Shown here piece by piece: positions 42,836 to 48,242 of a stretch of 48,242 nt of DNA; within the stretch, counting starts at the first letter, position 1; each line of letters starts with the position of its first letter. The notes below the pieces were generated by a model. That model searched no databases and was not told where the DNA came from. It saw only the letters and a program-made list of their open reading frames with translations. This DNA comes from Parcubacteria bacterium DG_74_3 (GTDB lineage: Bacteria > Patescibacteriota > Minisyncoccia > Minisyncoccales > DG-74-3), in NCBI GenBank assembly GCA_001302985.1, contig LJNG01000005.1, positions 1 to 48,242 on the forward strand. The letters run 5' to 3'. The translations under genes were made by a program, and so were the position numbers.

Positions 42836-43453
42836 ATGAGTTTAATTGATGAATTAATTCAGGGCGGGTGGTTAAAAACCCCGAGAATAATTGAAGCTTT
42901 TCACACCATTAAAAGGGTGGATTTTTTGCCATCTGACCTTAAAAATTTAGCCGAAGCAAACACGGCTCTACCCATTGGGCAGGGTCAGACAATTTCCCAG
43001 CCCCTGGTAGTAGCTTTTATGTTAGAGCAGTTAGAACCCCGAAAAGGAGATAAAATTTTAGATATAGGTTCAGGTTCTGGTTGGACCACAGCGCTTTTGG
43101 CTGAAATTGTAGGAGAAAAAGGCAAAGTGATTGCGATTGAAATTGTGCCAGAATTGAAAGAATTTGGAGAGAAAAATACAAAAAAATATAATTTTATAGA
43201 AAAGGGAAGAGCTGAATTTATTTTGGCTGATGGCTCCAAAGGCTACAAAAAAGAAGCCCCTTTTGATAAAATTTTAGTTTCAGCTTCTGCCCAAATTATT
43301 TCTCCTGCCTGGAAAGAACAAGTAAAAGTTGGAGGAAGAATCGTTGTGCCCATAGGTACCTCTATTTATCTTTTTATTAAAAAATCAGAAACAGAATTTA
43401 AAGAGCACGAATACCCGGGGTTTGTATTTGTACCTTTAATCAGTGATCAGTAA
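42836..43453 (+). CDS. pcm: Protein-L-isoaspartate O-methyltransferase
   Basis: 205 aa, GQTISQPLVVAFMLE.., ILDIGSGSGWTTALLA. Confidence 0.88.
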   Translation: MSLIDELIQGGWLKTPRIIEAFHTIKRVDFLPSDLKNLAEANTALPIGQGQTISQPLVVAFMLEQLEPRKGDKILDIGSGSGWTTALLAEIVGEKGKVIAIEIVPELKEFGEKNTKKYNFIEKGRAEFILADGSKGYKKEAPFDKILVSASAQIISPAWKEQVKVGGRIVVPIGTSIYLFIKKSETEFKEHEYPGFVFVPLISDQ

Positions 43454-43456
43454 ACA

Positions 43457-44527
43457 ATGGACAAAAATCCAAACGCTAAGAAAAAAACAAACAAATCGGT
43501 AATCTTTGTTCTCTTGTCTCTTGTCTCTTGTCTCTTGTTTCTTGTATGGTACGGCATTTACTTGCCTAAAAGCTTTAGTTCCCGGGAGGAGATGGCATTT
43601 TTAGTAAAAAGAGGAGACAATCTTTTTCAAATTGCAGAAAGGTTAGAAGAGTTAGGTTTGATTAAAAACAGATTTTTTTTTACTTTTTACGTAATTTTAA
43701 AGGGTGAACAAAGAAAACTTCAGGCCGGAGAATATTTTTTTAGCCCGGGAATGTCTATTTCAGAGATTTCCCAAAAAATAATCTCAGGAGATGTAATCAA
43801 AGAAAAAATTACCATAATCGAAGGTTGGAACTTGCGAGATGTTGCCTGGTATTTCGAAAACCTTGGAATGTTCCAGGCTGAAGAACTTTTTGAATTAATA
43901 GGCTTTCCCCTGATAGATTATTCGGTGACCGAAGAACTACCCACACCAAAGGATTTTTCAGACGAATTTGGATTTTTAGAAGACAAACCCAAAAACGTGA
44001 ATTTGGAAGGCTATTTATTTCCCGACACCTACCAAATAAATCGCGGGGAAACACTCGAAACAATCGTAAAAAAAATGTTGGATAATTTTGATAAAAAATT
44101 AACTGCTGATTTAAGAGAAGAGATAAAAATACAAGAAAAATCAATTTTTGAAATCATTACCATGGCTTCTTTACTTGAAAAAGAGGTTAAAACCCCTGAA
44201 GAAAAAAAATTGGTTTCTGGAATTTTATGGAAAAGGTTAGCAAATAACATTCCCTTACAGGTTGATGCTACCTTGAACTACATTACCGGAGAGAAAACAA
44301 TAAAAGTCTCCAAAGAAGATACGGAAATCGATTCACCCTATAATACCTACAAATATAAAGGCCTTCCTTTAGGTCCAATTTGCAATCCTGGCTTAGAGAG
44401 TATTTTAGCTGCCATATACCCTGAAGATAGTTTTTATTGGTTTTATCTCTCCATACCCGGAGGAGAAACAATTTTTAGTAAAAATTATGAAGAGCACAAC
44501 CTTGCTAAGGCAAAATATTTAAAGTAA
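43457..44527 (+). CDS. mltG: Endolytic murein transglycosylase MltG (YceG-like)
   Basis: 356 aa: N-terminal TM, LysM-like region, ..ASLLEKEV.., PYNTYKYKGLPLGPICNPG. Confidence 0.88.
   Translation: MDKNPNAKKKTNKSVIFVLLSLVSCLLFLVWYGIYLPKSFSSREEMAFLVKRGDNLFQIAERLEELGLIKNRFFFTFYVILKGEQRKLQAGEYFFSPGMSISEISQKIISGDVIKEKITIIEGWNLRDVAWYFENLGMFQAEELFELIGFPLIDYSVTEELPTPKDFSDEFGFLEDKPKNVNLEGYLFPDTYQINRGETLETIVKKMLDNFDKKLTADLREEIKIQEKSIFEIITMASLLEKEVKTPEEKKLVSGILWKRLANNIPLQVDATLNYITGEKTIKVSKEDTEIDSPYNTYKYKGLPLGPICNPGLESILAAIYPEDSFYWFYLSIPGGETIFSKNYEEHNLAKAKYLK
43504..43545 (+). repeat. Tandem heptanucleotide repeat inside the mltG TM-anchor codons
   Basis: CTTTGTT, then CTCTTGT x4 (43511-43538), then TTCTTGT. 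Confidence 0.85.
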
Positions 44528-44540
44528 AATATTTAAAGCT

Positions 44541-45089
44541 ATGCCAGAAAAAACATTAGAAAATAAAAAATTAGTAATGATAGTCGCTTTTCGGAATTTT
44601 CGCGATGAAGAATATTTTGTTCCTAAAGAAATTTTAGAAAAATCAGGAGCTGAAATTAAAACTGCCTCCAATCAAATAGGTCAAGCTATTGGAGCAGACG
44701 GGGGACAAGTAAATGTAGATTTGTTGGTTTCTGAGATAAATCCTGCTGAATTCGATGCGATAATTTTTGTGGGAGGTCCGGGTTGTCTTTCCAGTCTTGA
44801 TAATCAAGATTCTTATGATGTAGCTCAAAAAACAATTTCCCACAACAAAGTTTTGGCATCAATTTGCATTAGCCCGGTTATTTTAGCTAAAGCCGGGGTT
44901 CTGGAGGAAAAGAAAGCAACCGTCTGGAGCTCGCCAATGGATAAAAGTCCAATTGAAACTTTGGAGGAAAAGGGAGCAACTTATCAAGCGAAACCAGTGG
45001 TCGTTGACGAAAAAATTATTACTGGTAATGGCCCGGCTGCAGCCAGAGAATTTGGAGAAAAAATAGTTGAGGTCTTGACAGAAAAATAA
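44541..45089 (+). CDS. DJ-1/PfpI family protein
   Basis: 182 aa, ..FDAIIFVGGPG.., nucleophile-elbow-like ASICISPVILAKAG. Confidence 0.8.
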   Translation: MPEKTLENKKLVMIVAFRNFRDEEYFVPKEILEKSGAEIKTASNQIGQAIGADGGQVNVDLLVSEINPAEFDAIIFVGGPGCLSSLDNQDSYDVAQKTISHNKVLASICISPVILAKAGVLEEKKATVWSSPMDKSPIETLEEKGATYQAKPVVVDEKIITGNGPAAAREFGEKIVEVLTEK

Positions 45090-45102
45090 AAACCAGTAAG
45101 AT
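45075..45102 (+). promoter_or_regulatory. Sigma70-like promoter for rplJL
   Basis: TTGACA (45075-80), 16 nt, TAAGAT (45097-102), inside the 3' end of the DJ-1 gene. Confidence 0.55.
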
Positions 45103-45110
45103 TAAAACAT

Positions 45111-45242
45111 CCACAGACAGCAGGCCCTTCGACTAGCTCAGGGTAAGTCCTGCCGAGGATATATCAAGTAACAAAAAACAAGTAACAAGTAACATATAAC
45201 AAACGTTACTTGGTATAAGTCTGTGGTATACACAGATTTTTT
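45111..45242 (+). promoter_or_regulatory. Candidate L10 (rplJ) leader with attenuator hairpin
   Basis: CCACAGAC (45111-18) pairs with GTCTGTGG (45219-26). An inner GCAGG..CCTGC stem encloses ..CGACTAGCTCAGGG.. CTGTG-gtata-CACAG plus ATTTTTTATTTT overlaps the 3' arm of the long stem. Confidence 0.5.
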
Positions 45243-45256
45243 ATTTTCTAGAGATT

Positions 45257-45778
45257 ATGGCATTAACTAAAGAGCAAAAAGAGAAAATTCTCAAAAACTT
45301 GAAAGAAAAAATTGCTCGGCGAAAAGCAATGATTTTTGTTGATTTTTCGGGCTTGAAAGTTAAAGACCTGTCTGATTTAAGGCAGAGGTTAAAACAGGCA
45401 AAATCCGAGCTTTTAGTAGCTAAAAAGACCTTAATGAAAATAGCCTTTAAAGAAGTCAAAGTTAAAACAGACCCCAAAGAAATAAAAGGTGAAATAGCCC
45501 TGGTTTTTGGTTTTGAAGACGAAATTTCGCCTGCCAAAGTGGTTTATCAATTCTCTCAAGAAAATGAGAATTTAGAGATTTTAGGGGGTTATATTGAAAG
45601 TCAAAAAGATGAGTTTTTAGATGCTGAGAAAATGATTACTTTAGGTCAATTACCAACCAAAAAAGAACTTTTGGCCAATTTGGTAAGAGTTTTTTCAGCG
45701 CCCACCACGAATTTGGTCAATGTTCTGGAGGGCAACTTAAAAGGTCTAATTTATGCGCTTAGCGCAATTAAACGTTAA
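45257..45778 (+). CDS. rplJ: Ribosomal protein L10
   Basis: 173 aa, MALTKEQKEKIL..FVDFSGLKVKDLSDLRQRL.. Confidence 0.9.
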   Translation: MALTKEQKEKILKNLKEKIARRKAMIFVDFSGLKVKDLSDLRQRLKQAKSELLVAKKTLMKIAFKEVKVKTDPKEIKGEIALVFGFEDEISPAKVVYQFSQENENLEILGGYIESQKDEFLDAEKMITLGQLPTKKELLANLVRVFSAPTTNLVNVLEGNLKGLIYALSAIKR

Positions 45779-45787
45779 TTAAAGAAT

Positions 45788-46258
45788 ATGGCTGAAGAAA
45801 AAGAAGAAATCAAAAAACCCTCCTCTGCCAAGGCTGCGGAGGGCAAGGAGGAAAAAACTGAAAAAAAGCCAGTTGCGGTTCCGGCAAAATTCAAAAGATT
45901 GATTGAGGAAATTGAAAAAATGAGTGTTTTGGATTTAGCTGAATTAGTGAAGATTTTAGAAAAGAAATTCGGAGTTTCAGCTGCAGCTCCTGTGGTAGCA
46001 GCTCCAGTAGCTCCAGCAGGTGGTGCTCCTCCAGAAAAAACTATTTTTAATGTGATTCTCACTGATTCAGGTGAAAAAAAGATTGAGGCGATTAAGGTTG
46101 TTAGAGATATAACCCAAAAGGGATTAAAAGATTCAAAGGATGTAGTTGAAGCTGTAGCTTCTGGACCTCAGACAATCAAAGAGAATGTTAAGAAAGCAGA
46201 AGCAGAGGAAATCAAAAAGAAATTTGAAGCAGCTGGAGCCAAAGTTGAACTTAAATAA
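45788..46258 (+). CDS. rplL: Ribosomal protein L7/L12 with a roughly 30-aa K/E-rich N-terminal extension
   Basis: ..[29 protein letters not shown] hinge..[22 protein letters not shown].. Confidence 0.9.
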   Translation: MAEEKEEIKKPSSAKAAEGKEEKTEKKPVAVPAKFKRLIEEIEKMSVLDLAELVKILEKKFGVSAAAPVVAAPVAPAGGAPPEKTIFNVILTDSGEKKIEAIKVVRDITQKGLKDSKDVVEAVASGPQTIKENVKKAEAEEIKKKFEAAGAKVELK

Positions 46259-46477
46259 GGTAGGACAAGCATAGGACATTTGTCCTCTTGACAAGGTTTT
46301 TTGTCTTTGTTAATTTATATCCAGTGAGCTTAAACCACCAAAAAGGGATTATTGGAGGAATAGAGGAAAGAAATTCAGATTATGATAAATTTCAGAAGCC
46401 ACAATAGAAAGGGAGGAGGCAAGGAGGTGGTTTTTTAATAGGTCCAGTTTTTTAGCTGGATTTTTAATGTCAAAATA

Positions 46478-46582
46478 GAGGGGTTTTCTTCGGGCGCCCA
46501 ATTAGAATCTGCCAAAATTTGCTTTGCAAATTTGGGCAGAAAGAAATTCCTCCCTAATTGGGGGCCCGTTAGAGAACCTCTC
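46478..46582 (+). other. 105-nt rod-like nested hairpin in the ORF-free region
   Basis: GAGGGGTT/AACCTCTC (one G:T), CGGGCGCCCAATTAG/CTAATTGGGGGCCCG (14 of 15), TCTGCCAAAATTTGC-ttt-GCAAATTTGGGCAGA (14 of 15). Confidence 0.6.
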
Positions 46583-46596
46583 AAAAAATTCAGCAC

Positions 46597-46625
46597 TTGA
46601 CACATTTTTTAGTTGAGGATAAGAT
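46597..46625 (+). promoter_or_regulatory. Sigma70-like promoter of a short non-coding unit
   Basis: TTGACA (46597-602), 17 nt, TAAGAT (46620-25). Confidence 0.5.
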
Positions 46626-46753
46626 TAAAAAATGCTTAGTCCATCTTGAGGAGGAATAGGATGGGAAAGAAGTGATATATCGAATAAAAAGGTGGAAATT
46701 CATTAATAGTTTTTACTGCCAATATCCTTCTCAGATAAGGTTAGGTTTTTATA

Positions 46754-46788
46754 AATAGCGAAGTTTTAGCTTCGCTATTTGTTTTTTT
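46754..46788 (+). terminator. Intrinsic terminator
   Basis: AATAGCGAAG-ttttag-CTTCGCTATT (10 bp perfect) followed by TGTTTTTTT. Confidence 0.8.
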
Positions 46789-46839
46789 AAAAAATAAAAG
46801 TAGAGCTCAGACTCTCGTACCTAAACTTTTTAACTATTT

Positions 46840-47100
46840 GGGCATGGGGGCTTGGGCTCTATCCTGGGCCGTGCCCCGAACCGAATTTTTTCTGGTTCGG
46901 GGGTAAGCCCCGAATTAGAGGAGTTCGGGGTAGGGACTGGGAAAAAAACCCAAGAAAAAGGTCGAAAGATTAAGTGGCTTACCCCAGGTTCTCCAAATCC
47001 TAGCTAGGGGGACTGGGGGAAGAAAGCCGAAGGCTTGCTCGCCTTTGCTAGAGCTTGGGCGGGTGAGAGAGGAAGAGCCTGAGGCGAGCCACTTAACAGA
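46840..47100 (+). ncRNA. Candidate GC-rich structured RNA or long 5' leader, family unknown
   Basis: Perfect stems: CCCCGAACC/GGTTCGGGG (46874-46902), CCCCGAA/TTCGGGG (46908-46930), TTAAGTGGCT/AGCCACTTAA (46970-79/47087-96), CCCCAG/CTGGGG, AAGCC/GGCTT, GCTCGCC/GGCGAGC. No ORF of 60 aa or more on either strand. Confidence 0.4.
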
Positions 47101-47125
47101 AAAGAATAAATAACAGAAAACAAAA

Positions 47126-48097
47126 ATGTCAAAGAAAATATTAGCTTTAGGTTCTGTTTTAGCTGTTTTGGCTGGAATAGCAGGTTTAGCAGCTTATGAA
47201 GCCCATGTCATTAACGTGACAGCTCACATTGAGAACGCTTTGTATGTTCATCCAGATGAAATTGCTTTTGGAACAGTTTTCCCACAAGAATATGTAGAGA
47301 GACAATTTACTGTTGAGCTTAGTAGCTCTTTTCAGGCAGCAAATAGAGTAGATGATGTTGAATACGTTATTAAGCAAAAGCCAAAGTGTGAATGTGTTTA
47401 TGAAATTCCGACAGGAGAACAATGTAAGCAAGGACCTTATGCTTCTGTTGATTATGCCACACACGAATGTCCTGTAGATTACAGGGTAATGGAAAACCTC
47501 TGCCAATTCTTATCAAAAGTGGATGCTGATCCAGAAGATGGAAATGATACTTCTCACCCGAGCTATTATGTAGAAGATGCAGCAGGAGATTATTGTATAC
47601 AACCGACCCGTTACCTTTCGGCTGTTTTGTACTATAGTGGGACCGGATGGGGTGGCTGGTCTTGCCCCGCAGGTACACATGCGGTCGGAGGCGGGATTCA
47701 TTCCAGCGAAGGACTTCCTGTAGGAGACCATGGTGTAGCAGAACCAGGAGCCACAATAGGCGGGGAAACTTATCCAGTCTTTCCTCATTACACATTCGCA
47801 CCTGGCGAAACCGGTTATGTTTTACAGAACGGTGGTAACGGTGGTGGCGGGCAAGACATTGTGTTATACGTCGACTGCCTTGCTAACGTTCCTGATGCTA
47901 CTGGTATGTTGACAAAAGAAGGTCAAGATATTCTTGATCTTTGGAAGCTTGACTTAAAAGTTCCTCCAGTTGCAGGATATGTTGGTCAGGATTGGCCAGC
48001 TGGTTGTCCCACCGTTCCTACAAATGATGTAGATTACGGCTGTGATCTCTGGATTGAGGTAACCGGTGTTAGTCCTTCCGTCGGCCCAATAGAGTAG
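47126..48097 (+). CDS. Secreted or anchored Cys/Gly-rich hypothetical protein (paralogue 1)
   Basis: 323 aa: N-terminal MSKKIL + hydrophobic segment + AYEAHVINVTAHIEN, ten Cys, a GGNGGGG tract, and visibly higher G+C than its surroundings. Confidence 0.7.
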   Translation: MSKKILALGSVLAVLAGIAGLAAYEAHVINVTAHIENALYVHPDEIAFGTVFPQEYVERQFTVELSSSFQAANRVDDVEYVIKQKPKCECVYEIPTGEQCKQGPYASVDYATHECPVDYRVMENLCQFLSKVDADPEDGNDTSHPSYYVEDAAGDYCIQPTRYLSAVLYYSGTGWGGWSCPAGTHAVGGGIHSSEGLPVGDHGVAEPGATIGGETYPVFPHYTFAPGETGYVLQNGGNGGGGQDIVLYVDCLANVPDATGMLTKEGQDILDLWKLDLKVPPVAGYVGQDWPAGCPTVPTNDVDYGCDLWIEVTGVSPSVGPIE

Positions 48098-48151
48098 TTT
48101 AATTCAGCTCTTTTAGGTTTTAAAAGAAACTTTTTAAGAGTCAAAACAACT

Positions 48152-48242
48152 ATGTCAAAGAAAATATTGTTTGGATTATCTACAATTTTGGTTGTGATTG
48201 GTGGAATAGCTGCTATGTCAGCCTACGAAGCACACGTCATTA
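48152..48242 (+). CDS. Paralogue 2 of the secreted protein, 3'-truncated by the window edge
   Basis: Hand translation MSKKILFGLSTILVVIGGIAAMSAYEAHVI.. matches the N-terminus of 47126..48097. Both share CAAAACAA..ATGTCAAAGAAAATATT. Confidence 0.7.
   Translation, partial: MSKKILFGLSTILVVIGGIAAMSAYEAHVI

Noticed and set aside
34431-45215. A dispersed repeat family based on CTTGTTTCTTG-like strings (34431-34454, 43504-43545, reverse complement of 45165-45212).
   Set aside because: Shared identity is only about 12 nt of low-complexity T/G-rich sequence in an AT-rich genome, which is probably chance. Each locus is reported on its own merits instead.
47186-47838. Four overlapping ORFs (47186..47506-, 47370..47801-, 47513..47788-, 47647..47838+) inside the secreted-protein gene.
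   Set aside because: The GC-rich sequence keeps several frames open by chance. The 323-aa plus-strand ORF has a signal-anchor N-terminus and a paralogue, so it is the credible one.
46800-48097. Diversity-generating retroelement (template/variable repeat pair) involving the non-coding region and the 3' part of the secreted-protein gene.
   Set aside because: I saw no extended near-identical repeat between 46800-47100 and the coding region, and there is no reverse transcriptase or Avd-like gene in the window.
1-48242. CRISPR arrays, rRNA genes, intact IS elements or prophage.
   Set aside because: There is no regularly spaced direct-repeat array, no rRNA-like conserved stretch and no transposase or integrase ORF. 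Only the 36-codon HTH stump at 37113 was seen.

Overview
AT-rich, gene-dense bacterial window. The gene content and style resemble a small Patescibacteria/CPR-like genome: minimised aminoacyl-tRNA synthetases, K/E-rich tails on ribosomal proteins, no CCA encoded in any tRNA. That taxonomic guess comes from gene content only. Most of the window is housekeeping: mreB, holB, frr, rseP, proS, gatCAB (split), pheST, gyrB, secE-nusG-rplK, miaA/miaB, thrS, dnaE, rnhB, rpmF, nusB, rnc, rpsP, trmD, rpmG, pcm, mltG, rplJ-rplL and six tRNAs. The strongest candidate for something undescribed is a 17-codon leader ORF with seven consecutive Thr codons. It runs directly into an intrinsic-terminator hairpin just upstream of thrS, which looks like a ribosome-mediated attenuator controlling a tRNA synthetase. 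Other notable items: (1) two tRNAs (initiator Met, Tyr) share the same D-loop/T-loop change, A18 with G55. (2) A coherent dCTP-to-dTDP gene cluster sits where rplA would be expected and includes a 538-aa tandem-fused ThyX. (3) A 24-bp hairpin lies immediately upstream of rnc. (4) A three-way-junction leader precedes a KhpA-like gene. (5) An 866-bp ORF-free region after rplL holds several promoter/terminator-bounded units and a GC-rich multi-stem domain, followed by GC-rich tandem secreted paralogues. (6) Five frame disruptions (mreB paralogue, three in a MacA-like adaptor, one in a small ORF) are each consistent with a single extra base. No CRISPR array, rRNA or intact mobile element was seen. 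All RNA and promoter calls come from by-eye pairing and motif inspection and need computational confirmation.
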